Shown: one piece after another, positions 53,703-63,258 of the stretch
How the letters are laid out: each line of letters starts with the position of its first letter
How positions within the stretch are numbered: position 1 is the first letter of the stretch
Translations under genes and position numbers: made by a program
From: Nannocystis bainbridge
Lineage (GTDB): Bacteria; Myxococcota_A; Polyangia; Nannocystales; Nannocystaceae
NCBI RefSeq assembly: GCF_028368995.1
Contig: NZ_JAQNDL010000001.1
Location: 3,072,001 to 3,136,000 of the forward strand
Direction of reading: 5' to 3'
Length of the DNA stretch: 64,000 nucleotides
The notes under the pieces: generated by a model
Databases searched by the model: none
The model's input: only the letters and a program-made list of their open reading frames with translations
Told to the model about the DNA's origin: nothing

Positions 53703-56564
53703 ATGCAGATCCTCGAGCGTCGCGTCTACCGCGGTCCCAACCTCTACGCCCACTTCCCGGTCATCCGGATGAACCTCGACCTCGGCGAGCTCGAGCAGTG
53801 GCCGAGCGCGAAGATCCCGGGCTTCGTCGATGGGCTGCTCGAGGCGCTGCCGAGCCTGCAGCAGCACACCTGCTCGTATGGTGACGCGGGAGGGTTCGTC
53901 CGCCGCCTGCGCGAGGACAGCGGCACCTGGCTCGGCCACGTGCTCGAGCACGTCGCCATCGAGATCCAGGTGCTCACCGGGGCCAAGGTCAGCTTCGGCA
54001 AGACCCGCAGCACCGGCGCCACCGGCCAGTACTACGTCGTCTACGAGTACGAAGAGGAGCGCGTCGGCGAGGCCGCCAGCGACCTCGCGCTCGACCTCCT
54101 GCACTCGCTCCTGCCTGACGGTTTCGAGGGTCGCAAGGGCGTGCCCGAAGGCTTCGATTTCCCGTCGCGGCTCGAGGACCTGATCGCCTTCGCCCAGAAG
54201 CGCCAGTTCGGCCCCTCGACCGCCTCGCTGGTGCGGGCGGCCGAGCGGCGCGACATCCCGTGGATCCGCCTCAACGACCAGTCGCTGGTCCAGTTCGGCC
54301 ACGGCCGCTACCAGAAGCGCATCCGCGCCACCGTCACCTCCGAGACTCGCCACATCGCCGTCGAGATCGCCAGCGACAAAGAGGAGACCAACAAGATCCT
54401 CGGCGACCTCGGCCTCCCGGTCCCGCGCCAGCACCTCGTGCGCACCGCCGATCGGGCCGTCGCCGCCGCCACGCGGCTCGGCTTCCCCGTGGTCGTCAAG
54501 CCGCTCGACGCCAACCACGGCCGCGGCGTCTCGATCGACCTGCAGAGCGAGACCGCCGTGCGGGCCGCCTTCGAGAAGGCCCAGGAGCACTCCAACAGCG
54601 TCATCGTCGAGACCTACATCCCCGGCTTCGACCACCGCATGTTGGTCGTCGCCGGCGAGCTGATCGCCGTCGCCAAGCGCGTCCCGGGCCACGTCGTCGG
54701 CGACGGCGAGCGGACCATCACCCAGCTCATCGAGCACGTGAACAGCGACCCGCGGCGCGGCATCGGCCACGAGAAGGTCCTCACCCGCATCGAGCTCGAT
54801 TACCAGGCGCGGCGGCTGCTCGAGCTCAAGGGTTACACCGCCGACACCGTGCCGGCCGCCGGCGAAGAGGTCTACCTGCGCAGCACCGGCAACCTCAGCA
54901 CTGGCGGCACCGCGATCGACCTCACCGACGTCTGCCACCACGACAACCGCGAGATGGCGGTGCGCGCCGCCAAGGCGATCGGCCTCGACATCTGCGGCAT
55001 CGACTTCATCACCCCTGACATCACCCGCAGCCACCGCGAGGCCGGCGGCGGCATCTGCGAGGTCAACGCCGCCCCCGGCTTCCGCATGCACGTCGCGCCC
55101 ACCGAGGGCACCCCGCGCGACGTCGCCGGCCCGGTCATGGAGATGTTGTTCCCGCCCGGCACCCCGAGCCGGATCCCCATCGCCGCCGTCACCGGCACCA
55201 ACGGCAAGACCACCGTCTGCCGCATGATCGCCCACATCCACAAGATGTCCGGCGCCACCGTCGGCCTGTGCACCACTGACGGCGTCTACATCGACGGCGA
55301 GCGCACCGTCGTCGGCGACATGACCGGCCCCGTCGCCGCGCAGATGGTCTTGCGCGACCCGCTGGTCGACCTCGCCGTCCTCGAGACCGCGCGCGGCGGC
55401 CTGCTGCGCGCCGGCATGGGCTACCGCGCCTGCAACGTCGGCGCCGTCCTCAACGTCACCGCCGATCACCTCGGCCTCGGCGGCATCGACAACCTCGACC
55501 AGCTCGCCGAGCTCAAGCGCATCGTCGTCGAGGTCGCGCGCGACTGCGCCGTGCTCAACGCCGACGACGAGCACTGCCTGCGCATGGCCGACTACACCCA
55601 GGCCAACCGCATCGGCTACGTCACCACCAGCCCCAAGCACGACCTCGTGCGCCGGCACATCCGCGCCGGCGGCCTCGCGGTCGTGCTCGAGGAGGGCATC
55701 AACGGCGACATGATCACCGTCTACGACCGCGGCTCGCACATCCCGCTGCTGTGGACGCACCTCATCCCCGCCACCCTCGAGGGCAAGGCGCTGCACAACG
55801 TGCAGAACGCGATGTTCGCCACCTGCGTCGCCTACGCCATGGGCGTCAAGCTCGAGAACATCCGCCAGGGCCTGCGCACCTTCGACAGCACCTACTTCCA
55901 GGCGCCCGGCCGGCTCAACGTGTTCGAGGAGCTGCCGTTCAAGGTCATCCTCGACTACGGCCACAACCCCGCGGCCGTGCGCGCCATGGCCAGCCTGGTC
56001 TCGCGGCTCGACGTCAAGGGCAAGCGGGTCTGCGTGCTCGCGGCCCCCGGCGACCGCCGTGACGCCGACATCGCCGAGATCGCCCGCCACGCCGCGCCCG
56101 CCTTCGACCAGTTCATCATCCGCCAGGACGACGGCCTGCGCGGCCGCGCCTCCGGCGAGGTCGCCGACCTGCTGCGCACCGGCCTCCTGCAGCAGGGCGT
56201 CGCCGAGAGCAAGATCCAGATCATCCTCGACGAGCAGCGCTCGATCGACGCCGCCCTCGCCGCCTGCGATCAGGGCGACCTGCTGCTGATCTTCGGCGAC
56301 AACATCTCGCGCTGCTGGAAGCAGATCGTCCGCTTCCGCGAGGACCGGTTCGCCCCGGCCGCCCGCGCCGCCGCCACCTCGAGCGTCGGCCAGCTCGCCG
56401 TCGGCCTGCCGAGCAACCCCACCGGTCACCTCGCCGGCCAGCCCGTCGGCCTCACCGGCCCGGTCAACGACGACCGCCCGGTCGAGGACCGGACCACCCC
56501 GTCCGGCGTCGTCGAGGACGCCCGCGGCGTCCGCCTCGCCCGCGACGCCGGGCTCGACGACTGA
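53703..56564 (+). CDS. cphA: Cyanophycin synthetase (CphA1-type)
   Basis: N domain with C...HVLEH, GPSTASLV.AA, ATP-grasp (VVKPLD.NHGRGV, NLSTGG, EVNAAPG), Mur domain (VTGTNGKTT, ETARGG, DYGHN). Confidence 0.97.
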   Translation: MQILERRVYRGPNLYAHFPVIRMNLDLGELEQWPSAKIPGFVDGLLEALPSLQQHTCSYGDAGGFVRRLREDSGTWLGHVLEHVAIEIQVLTGAKVSFGKTRSTGATGQYYVVYEYEEERVGEAASDLALDLLHSLLPDGFEGRKGVPEGFDFPSRLEDLIAFAQKRQFGPSTASLVRAAERRDIPWIRLNDQSLVQFGHGRYQKRIRATVTSETRHIAVEIASDKEETNKILGDLGLPVPRQHLVRTADRAVAAATRLGFPVVVKPLDANHGRGVSIDLQSETAVRAAFEKAQEHSNSVIVETYIPGFDHRMLVVAGELIAVAKRVPGHVVGDGERTITQLIEHVNSDPRRGIGHEKVLTRIELDYQARRLLELKGYTADTVPAAGEEVYLRSTGNLSTGGTAIDLTDVCHHDNREMAVRAAKAIGLDICGIDFITPDITRSHREAGGGICEVNAAPGFRMHVAPTEGTPRDVAGPVMEMLFPPGTPSRIPIAAVTGTNGKTTVCRMIAHIHKMSGATVGLCTTDGVYIDGERTVVGDMTGPVAAQMVLRDPLVDLAVLETARGGLLRAGMGYRACNVGAVLNVTADHLGLGGIDNLDQLAELKRIVVEVARDCAVLNADDEHCLRMADYTQANRIGYVTTSPKHDLVRRHIRAGGLAVVLEEGINGDMITVYDRGSHIPLLWTHLIPATLEGKALHNVQNAMFATCVAYAMGVKLENIRQGLRTFDSTYFQAPGRLNVFEELPFKVILDYGHNPAAVRAMASLVSRLDVKGKRVCVLAAPGDRRDADIAEIARHAAPAFDQFIIRQDDGLRGRASGEVADLLRTGLLQQGVAESKIQIILDEQRSIDAALAACDQGDLLLIFGDNISRCWKQIVRFREDRFAPAARAAATSSVGQLAVGLPSNPTGHLAGQPVGLTGPVNDDRPVEDRTTPSGVVEDARGVRLARDAGLDD

Positions 56565-56585
56565 CCTGACCCGAAGGACAGGACC

Positions 56586-58469
56586 ATGCGACTCCTCGAC
56601 GCCCGCCGGCTGACCGGGGTCAACCTCGACCTCGACGGCCCGGGCGCGATCGCCGAGGTCGAGTTCGAGCCCGGCGACGACCTCGCGCGGGCCCTCGCCG
56701 CCTGGCGGGACGCGGTCGCCCGCGCGGCCGCGCGGCTCGGCTGGCACGCGCCGACGACCGTGCGTCGGTGGGCTGGCGATCACGGCGCGGCTCTGGTGTT
56801 CCCGGCCCCGCCCGACGCGCTCTACGTCGCCGTCGACGTCACCGAGTGGGCCGTCGAGTGCGCCCAGCGGGCGCTGACCGGCGAGCCCCCGCGCGACCTC
56901 GAAGCGCTCCTGCCCGACCTGCTGGCGGCCCGCGAGCGCGAGCGCCTCGCCGTCCTCCCCGAGCTGCAGGCCGCCGCCGCCGCCCGCGGCGTCCCGCTGC
57001 TGCTCGACGACGACAGCCTCTCGCTCGGCGAGGGCGCCAGCTCGCGCACCTGGCCGCGGATCCTCGCGCCCTTGCCCGCGGATGTCCCCTGGGACAGCTT
57101 GCGAGCGATCCCCGTCGCCATCATCACCGGCACCAACGGCAAGACCACCACCGCGCGCCTGCTGGCCCGGATCGCCCGCACCGCCGGCCATGTCCCCGGC
57201 AACACCTCCACCGACGGCCTCGCCGTCGCCGAGCAGGTGGTCGAGACCGGCGACTGGACCGGCCCCGGCGCCGCCCGCATCGTCCTCCGCGACCACCGCG
57301 TCACGCTCGCCGTGCTCGAGGTCGCCCGCGGCGGGATCCTCCGCCGCGGCCTCGCGGTCGACCGCTGCGACGCCGCCTGCATCACCAACGTCGCCGCCGA
57401 CCACCTCGGCGAGCACGGCATCGACGACCTCGCCGCCATGGCCCGCGTCAAGGCCGTGGTCGCCCGCGTGGTCGCTCCCCACGGCCGCGTCATCCTCGGC
57501 GCCGACGCCCCGGCCGGCGTGCCTGCCTCATCGGACATGTCCGAAGCGACCTTGCCGAAAGGCCATGTCCATGCAGACATGCCCCTTCGGACATCCGCGC
57601 CGACGAGCGCCGCGTCTGCCCCTTCGGACAGCGGCAATTTACCTGCTCTTTCAGCCAGCGCTGCCAACCCCCTGCTCGACCTCCCGCCCGAGGCCTTCTC
57701 GGCGCCGGTCGTGTGGTTCTCGCGCGACCCGCAGCACCCGCGCCTGCTGCGTCACCGCGCGGCTGGCGGCGAGGTGTGGTTCGTCTCGCCCGCGGGGACG
57801 CTCACGCGCGGCCGCGGGGCCGAGCCCGACGTCGCCATCGTGCCCGTCGCCGAGCTCCCGTTCTGCTTCGGCGGGGCCGCCACGCACAACGTCGCCAACG
57901 CCCTCGCCGCCGCCGCCCTGGCGACCGCGCTCGGCCTGCCCGACGCCGCCATCGCCGCCGGCCTGCGCAGCTTCGACGACAACCCCGGGCGCGCCCAGTT
58001 GGTCCAGGTCGGCCACGCCAAGCTGTTCCTCGACTTCGCCCACAACCCCGCCGGCATCGCCGGCCTCGCCCCGCTGCTCGGGCAGATCCGCGCCGGCGCG
58101 CGCTTATTGATCAGCCTCGGCATCGCCGGCGACCGCCGCGACGAAGACCTCCGCGACGTCGCCCGCGCCGTCGCCTCGCTGCGCCCCGACCTCGTGCTCA
58201 CCCGCGACCTCGATCACTACCTGCGCGGACGGGCCCCGGGCGAGGTCCCGGGGCTGCTGGAGCGCAACTTCGCCGCGCTCGGGATCGCGTGCGAGCGGAC
58301 CGCGAGCGAGGTCGCGGCGATCCGTCGCGGCCTGGAGTGGGCGCGGCCTGGCGACCTGATCGCGATCCTCGTGCACGTCGACCGCGACGAGGTCTGGGCT
58401 GAACTGCGCGCCCGCGGCGTCGCGACCGCGGCCGATGGAGACCGATCCGGGCGCCCCGGAGCGGCGTAA
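56586..58469 (+). CDS. CphA-related Mur-ligase-like protein lacking the ATP-grasp domain
   Basis: CphA-like N-terminus (RRLTG.NL), then ITGTNGKTT, EVARGGILRRGL, NVAADHLG, NPGR, DFAHN, GDR; no ATP-grasp motifs. Confidence 0.85.
   Translation: MRLLDARRLTGVNLDLDGPGAIAEVEFEPGDDLARALAAWRDAVARAAARLGWHAPTTVRRWAGDHGAALVFPAPPDALYVAVDVTEWAVECAQRALTGEPPRDLEALLPDLLAARERERLAVLPELQAAAAARGVPLLLDDDSLSLGEGASSRTWPRILAPLPADVPWDSLRAIPVAIITGTNGKTTTARLLARIARTAGHVPGNTSTDGLAVAEQVVETGDWTGPGAARIVLRDHRVTLAVLEVARGGILRRGLAVDRCDAACITNVAADHLGEHGIDDLAAMARVKAVVARVVAPHGRVILGADAPAGVPASSDMSEATLPKGHVHADMPLRTSAPTSAASAPSDSGNLPALSASAANPLLDLPPEAFSAPVVWFSRDPQHPRLLRHRAAGGEVWFVSPAGTLTRGRGAEPDVAIVPVAELPFCFGGAATHNVANALAAAALATALGLPDAAIAAGLRSFDDNPGRAQLVQVGHAKLFLDFAHNPAGIAGLAPLLGQIRAGARLLISLGIAGDRRDEDLRDVARAVASLRPDLVLTRDLDHYLRGRAPGEVPGLLERNFAALGIACERTASEVAAIRRGLEWARPGDLIAILVHVDRDEVWAELRARGVATAADGDRSGRPGAA
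57524..57657. repeat. In-frame array of 14-bp palindromic units inside the cphA-like gene
   Basis: Five units in register 57524-57593 plus units at 57617 and 57644. Confidence 0.85.
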
Positions 58470-58495
58470 GAGCGTGACGACCTCGCACGCTCACC

Positions 58496-59137
58496 ATGCT
58501 TGACGCGCACGCATACGGCCGCGCATATAGTCCAGCACCCGTGTCACGGCTGGGCCCAAACTCGCCGCCCGGGCCTTCGGGCCCCGAGCGCAGCGACGGC
58601 GAGCTCCTCGCCGCCATGGCCTCCGGCGACAGTGACGCGCTCGGCGACCTGCACGACCGCTACGCCGGCACCCTGCTGGCCACCGCGATCCGGATCCTCG
58701 GCAGCCGCCGCGAGGCCGAGGACCTCGTGCACGACGTGCTGATGGAGGTCTGGCAGAAGTCCGCCGACTACGACCCCGAGCGGGGCAGCGTGCGCACCTG
58801 GATCCTCATCCGCCTGCGCAGCCGGGCCCTCGACCGCTGCCGCCGGGCCGGTCGCTTCCGCGTCGAGACCCTCGAGGAGCGCGACCTCGACGACCTCGGG
58901 CTCGCCGGCGGCGACGATCCCGGCCACAGCCTCGACCACGAGCGCGTACGCCGCGCACTGCACGAACTGCCGCCCGCACAGCGCCAGGTGCTCGAATTGG
59001 CCTATTTCGAGGGTCTCTCGGCCACCGAGATCGCCGAGCGGCTCGCCGTTCCGGTCGGCACCGTCAAGTCGCGGACCGCTTCCGGCCTCGCCAAGCTGCG
59101 CGCCGCCCTTCATGCTGAAGACAGGGGGGACCGATGA
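58496..59137 (+). CDS. ECF sigma factor (SigK-like); start may be GTG 58541
   Basis: D..LL..MA.GD..A...L.DRY, AEDLVHD, YDP.RGS..TW, LAYFEGLS..EIA..L..P.GTVKSR. Confidence 0.92.
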   Translation: MLDAHAYGRAYSPAPVSRLGPNSPPGPSGPERSDGELLAAMASGDSDALGDLHDRYAGTLLATAIRILGSRREAEDLVHDVLMEVWQKSADYDPERGSVRTWILIRLRSRALDRCRRAGRFRVETLEERDLDDLGLAGGDDPGHSLDHERVRRALHELPPAQRQVLELAYFEGLSATEIAERLAVPVGTVKSRTASGLAKLRAALHAEDRGDR

Positions 59138-59763
59138 CCGGCCGCGACCGCGAAGCCCCGCCGCCGGACCCGCGCCACGCGTCCGCGCCGCACGAGGATG
59201 ATCTTCAGGACATGTCCATCAGGACAGGCGATGCTGATGCTGTCGACGGCGCCATCGCCGAGGCGTTCACCGCCCTCTCGCTCGCGCTGAAGCCGGTCCG
59301 CCCGACCGCCGCCATGCGTGCCCGCCTGCTCGCCGCCGTCACCGCGCCCGAGCGCCGCTTCAGCCCCTTCATCGGCCGCCTCGCCCGCCTCCTCGACCTC
59401 GCCGAGGCCCGCGTGCGCGAGCTGCTGGACCGCCTCACCGACCGCGCGGCGTGGGAGAACGTGCTGCCGGACGTCGAGCTGTTCCACCTCGAGGGCGGCC
59501 CGGCCACCGCGGGCGCCGACGTCGGGTTCGTGCGCGTCGCCGCCGGCGCCCGCTTCCCGCACCACAACCACCTCGGCGACGAGCACGTGCTGGTGCTGCA
59601 GGGCGGCTTCGTCGAGGACGACGGCACCGTCGTGCGCGCCGGCGCCAGCTCCCACTGCGGCCCCGGCAGCAGCCACAGCCTCACCGCCCTGCCCGACCAG
59701 GACCTGGTCTACGCCGTCGTCGTGTTCGGCGTCGAGTTCCCCGGCCTGCCGCCGCGGCCCTGA
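59134..59763 (+). CDS. Anti-sigma factor with ChrR-like cupin domain
   Basis: ATGA overlap with the sigma gene; P.P...RARLL; FP.H.H...E.VLVL.G.F.....G..H cupin. Confidence 0.8.
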   Translation: MTGRDREAPPPDPRHASAPHEDDLQDMSIRTGDADAVDGAIAEAFTALSLALKPVRPTAAMRARLLAAVTAPERRFSPFIGRLARLLDLAEARVRELLDRLTDRAAWENVLPDVELFHLEGGPATAGADVGFVRVAAGARFPHHNHLGDEHVLVLQGGFVEDDGTVVRAGASSHCGPGSSHSLTALPDQDLVYAVVVFGVEFPGLPPRP

Positions 59764-59769
59764 CTCGCC

Positions 59770-59811
59770 TGCCTCCCGGGACATGTCCGAGTGGACATGC
59801 CCCGAAAGACA
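59770..59811. repeat. Array of three 14-bp palindromic units
   Basis: TGCCT-cccg-GGACA, TGTCC-gagt-GGACA, TGCCC-cgaa-AGACA between convergent genes. Confidence 0.85.
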
Positions 59812-59875
59812 TGCCCGAAAGCACCCGCAGCCGGGGCTGCCCTCGCACCGCGCCGCACGCCGGCGCATCGGGGAG

Positions 59876-60262
59876 CTACCCGTGGTTCATCAGGAAGGTC
59901 GCGGTGTCGGCGAAGAACCCCCGCAGCGTCGCCGCCGCCCCCGGCTCGAGCTGGACCTCGGCGAGCGCCGCTTCCATCAGCGCCACCCAGCGATCGCGGG
60001 CGCGCAGGTCGAGCTTGAAGGGCATGTGCCTGGCCCGCAGCCGCGGATGGCCCCGCTGCGCGATGTAGCGCTGCGGACCGCCGAATCGGCCGACCAGGAA
60101 GTCGCGCAGGCGGACCTCGGCCCCGGTCATGTCGTCGCGCGGGTACATCGGCCCCAGGATGTCGTCGTCGACCACGCGGCGATAAAAGGCCGCTGCCAGC
60201 CGCGCAAAGCCCTCCTCGCCGATCCGGGCGTAGATCTCGTGTTCCGGCGCCTGCTCGCTCAT
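59876..60262 (-). CDS. Group II truncated hemoglobin (HbO-like)
   Basis: IY..IG, FY, MYP, FGGP..Y...RGHPRLRARH, RDRW, FLMN. Confidence 0.9.
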   Translation of the reverse strand: MSEQAPEHEIYARIGEEGFARLAAAFYRRVVDDDILGPMYPRDDMTGAEVRLRDFLVGRFGGPQRYIAQRGHPRLRARHMPFKLDLRARDRWVALMEAALAEVQLEPGAAATLRGFFADTATFLMNHG

Positions 60263-60532
60263 CGGCGTCAGTGTGCCACGGGGCCTCGGCGCAGCCGCCG
60301 TCGCGGGCCGTGAGACAGCCGGCGCCGCCGAGCCGATCGCCGTGATCGCCGCCGCCGCCCGCGTGAACAAACTTCGGGCCGCGCGCACCCGGAAGTCCGC
60401 CGGGTCCCGGTGTCACCGCCCGCCGGGCGCGACCTGTCCCAAGGTAGGGGGACCGGGTCCGCGGCGCCCGCCCCGCCCGTCCTGCGCCGAGTTCTCCCGC
60501 CCGCGGCGAGCCCCGTGGTAGCCTGGACGCAG

Positions 60533-61441
60533 GTGCAGAGCCTGGCGCAGGACGAAGAGGACACCCTCGAAGCGGGCACCCTCGTCGCGACCTACTTCCG
60601 CGTGCTCGAGTTCATCGGCCCCGCCAACTTCGGCGATCTGTACCGCGGCGAGCACATCCAGATGGGCAGCCGCTGCGCCGTGCGGGTGCTCAGCCCGCAG
60701 TGGAAGAGCCTCGTGCGCGGCGACGAGGACGTCGACCGCTTCCGCCGCATGGCCCGCGCCGCCAGCGACACCTCGCACCCCAACATCGCGCAGGTGTTCG
60801 ACGGCGGCCGGCTGGCCGACGGCCGGCTGTTCCTGGTCACCGAGCTGCTGGTCGGCAGCAGCCTGTTCGAGGCCGTCGCCGAGCGGCGCTACCTGCCGGT
60901 CCTGCGGGCCGCGCGGATCCTCCGCGACGTCGCCCGGGCCGTGCGCGCCGCCCACAACGCCGGCCAGGTCCACCGCGACCTCAAGGCCGAGAACGTCATG
61001 CTCGTGCCGCTGCCCGACGGCGACGGCGAGGCCGTGCAGGTGCTCGACTTCGGCATCGCCGCCTGGGCCGAGGCCGAGGCGCGCAAGCAGAACCCCGGCG
61101 CCTTCGTGGCCACGCCCGAGTACATGGCCCCCGAGCAGGTGCTGGGCAAGCCCGCCAGCCCGCTGTTCGACATCTACGCCATGGGCGTGATGCTGTTCGA
61201 GGCCCTCGTCGGCGAGACCCCGTTCTCCGGCAACCCGCAGGCGCTGATGAAGGCCAAGGTCGCCCGCCCCGCACCCTCGCTCGCCAGCAAGCTGCCCGGC
61301 ATGCCGCGCCGCCTCAGCGAGCTGGTCGACGACTGCCTCCACACGGACCCCGGCCTGCGGCCCCAGAGCGCCAACGAGTTCGTGGTCCGCATCGAGGAGA
61401 TCCTCCGCACCTTGAACCGGACCTCGGGCCCGCAGACATGA
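60533..61441 (+). CDS. Ser/Thr protein kinase-like protein (Hanks type), possibly pseudokinase
   Basis: HPNI, HRDLKAEN, LDFGIA, TPEYMAPE, DIYAMG; Gly loop GPANFG and AVR in place of AxK; start estimated. Confidence 0.85.
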   Translation: MQSLAQDEEDTLEAGTLVATYFRVLEFIGPANFGDLYRGEHIQMGSRCAVRVLSPQWKSLVRGDEDVDRFRRMARAASDTSHPNIAQVFDGGRLADGRLFLVTELLVGSSLFEAVAERRYLPVLRAARILRDVARAVRAAHNAGQVHRDLKAENVMLVPLPDGDGEAVQVLDFGIAAWAEAEARKQNPGAFVATPEYMAPEQVLGKPASPLFDIYAMGVMLFEALVGETPFSGNPQALMKAKVARPAPSLASKLPGMPRRLSELVDDCLHTDPGLRPQSANEFVVRIEEILRTLNRTSGPQT

Positions 61442-61462
61442 GCCCGCGGGCCGCCCCCGGCC

Positions 61463-61755
61463 TGTCCTGAAGCACATGTCCCCCGGAACCTGCCCTCGGG
61501 ACCCTGTCCTGAAGCACATGTCCCCCGGAGCCTGTCCTCGCGCACCTGTCCCGCCGGGCAGCCCAGCCCCCGCCGCGGCCTGTCCTCGCGCACCTGTCCC
61601 GCCGGGCAGCCCAGCCCCCGCCGCGACCCGCCTTCGAGCAACTGTCCCGCCGGGCAGCCCAGCTCCCACCGGGTCCGCGGCCTCGATCGCCGCCGCTCGG
61701 CTCGCCACGCTCCTGGCCTTTGGAGCATGTTCCTCGAGCCCTGTCCCTTCCGACA
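61463..61755. repeat. Expanded nested array of 14-bp units with 42- and 48-bp higher-order repeats
   Basis: Seven units in register 61463-61560; TGTCCTGAAGCACA at 61463 and 61505; TGTCCCGCCGGGCAGCCCAGC at 61547, 61595 and 61643. Confidence 0.88.
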
Positions 61756-62609
61756 GCCCCGGCCCGCCCCCGCCCGCGCTCGCCCCCGTCCCCCCGGCCG
61801 TCGAGTGCCCCGAGTTCGCCGTCGCCGCCAGCCCCGGCTCGCTCGCCCCGCCGGAGATCGTCGAGGCCTCGGGCCTGGCCGCCAGCCGTCAGAACCCGGG
61901 CGTGCTGTGGACCCACAACGACTCCGACGCCGGCGGCCCGCTCGTCTACGCGTTCGCCCGCGACGGCGCGCGCTACCTCGGCCGCTGGCGGCTGGGCGGC
62001 GCCGCGGTCCATGACTGGGAGGACATGGCCCTCGGGCCAGGCAAGGACGGCCGCGACGCGCTCTACGTCGGCGACATCGGCGACAACCAGCGCAAGCGCG
62101 CGCACGTGGTCGTCTACCGGGTCGCCGAGCCGACCGTCGACCTCGCCGCCGCGCCCGCCGAGCACCGCCTGTCCGGCGTCGAGCGCCTGGTCTTCACCTA
62201 CCCGGGCGGCCAGGCTCACAACGCCGAGACCTTGCTCGTCGACCCCGTGCGCGGCGACCTTTGCATCGTCACCAAGCGCCGCGGCGGCTCGGCCGTGTTC
62301 TGCGCCGCCGCCCCGCTGAGCTCCGGCGAGCTCGTCGCGGCCGGCGAGTCCGACGTGCTCGGCCTCGTCACCGGCGGCGCCGTCAGCCGCGACGGCACGC
62401 TGGTGGCCCTCCGCTCCTACCTGGCCGCCCGCGCCTGGCGCCGCGACCCCTCACGCCCGCTCGCCGAGGCCTTCCGCGGCCCCGACTGCCACCTCCCGCT
62501 CGCGCTCGAGCGCCAGGGCGAGGCGCTCACCTTCGCCAGCGACGGCCGCGGCTACTACACCGTCAGCGAAGGCCTCGCCCCGACGCTGCACGTCTACGCG
62601 CCCCGCTGA
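61476..62609 (+). CDS. Putative lipoprotein with beta-propeller-like domain; N-terminus repeat-derived, start uncertain
   Basis: LAFGAC lipobox; EASGL, WTHNDS, DWEDMA, LYVGDIGDN, NAE, QGEA, YTVSEG. Confidence 0.7.
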   Translation: MSPGTCPRDPVLKHMSPGACPRAPVPPGSPAPAAACPRAPVPPGSPAPAATRLRATVPPGSPAPTGSAASIAAARLATLLAFGACSSSPVPSDSPGPPPPALAPVPPAVECPEFAVAASPGSLAPPEIVEASGLAASRQNPGVLWTHNDSDAGGPLVYAFARDGARYLGRWRLGGAAVHDWEDMALGPGKDGRDALYVGDIGDNQRKRAHVVVYRVAEPTVDLAAAPAEHRLSGVERLVFTYPGGQAHNAETLLVDPVRGDLCIVTKRRGGSAVFCAAAPLSSGELVAAGESDVLGLVTGGAVSRDGTLVALRSYLAARAWRRDPSRPLAEAFRGPDCHLPLALERQGEALTFASDGRGYYTVSEGLAPTLHVYAPR

Positions 62610-62687
62610 TCCCGCGCGAACCGGTCCTGTTCCAAACCGCTCCCGCGCGCGCACGACCTCACCGGCGACCCGCGCGGCAAGAGAGAC

Positions 62688-63122
62688 TCAGAGATACTGG
62701 ATCGTCACGCGCTGGACCGTCCCGCCGGCCGCCACGCTGAATTTCGCGTCGCGGTACTTCGGCGGCCCGAACCGGCCCTTCGCGTTGTTCGAGGCGGCGA
62801 ACCCTTCCTTCGGGATCCCCACCCACGTCGTGTCCATCGCGTTGTTGCCGTTCTCGTCGTGGACCACGGCGAACGCGTACTCGCCGACCGGCGCCGCCAG
62901 GTCGACCTGCGCCTTTCCGTTCGCCACCTTCGCCACCGCCGTCTGCCACGCCTTGCCCGGGTCGCTCGGGAAGCCGTCAGGGCCGCGATACACCGCCACC
63001 AGCACCTGACCGGCGTCGCTGCGGAACCCGCTCATCCGGATCGACAGTCCGCCCTCGGCCTCGGCCGGCGCGGCGGTGGCGAGGAGCGCCAGGATGCTCG
63101 TGATCAAGCTTTGTGCCAGCAT
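62688..63122 (-). CDS. DUF2141 family exported protein
   Basis: Signal peptide; G.YA.AV.HDENGN..MD....GIPKEG...SNN......PP. Confidence 0.85.
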   Translation of the reverse strand: MLAQSLITSILALLATAAPAEAEGGLSIRMSGFRSDAGQVLVAVYRGPDGFPSDPGKAWQTAVAKVANGKAQVDLAAPVGEYAFAVVHDENGNNAMDTTWVGIPKEGFAASNNAKGRFGPPKYRDAKFSVAAGGTVQRVTIQYL

Positions 63123-63258
63123 GCGGGGTCGAGTCTCCAGCCGGGGATGGCGCCGCAAGCGGTTGCAGAGCGGCCTGGATCGCAGTATACAAGCTTTGCG
63201 GAGAGTTGCTCGCAACCTTTCGCAAGCCCTGAACCCTCTCCGTCGACCCGCGACCCCC

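Noticed and set aside
52749-57482. 1577-aa minus-strand ORF
   Set aside because: Antisense shadow of cphB/cphA caused by high GC3; no recognisable motifs.
58500-58531. Sigma70-like promoter TTGACG...TATAGT before the ECF sigma gene
   Set aside because: Spacer is 20 bp, too long for a confident call.
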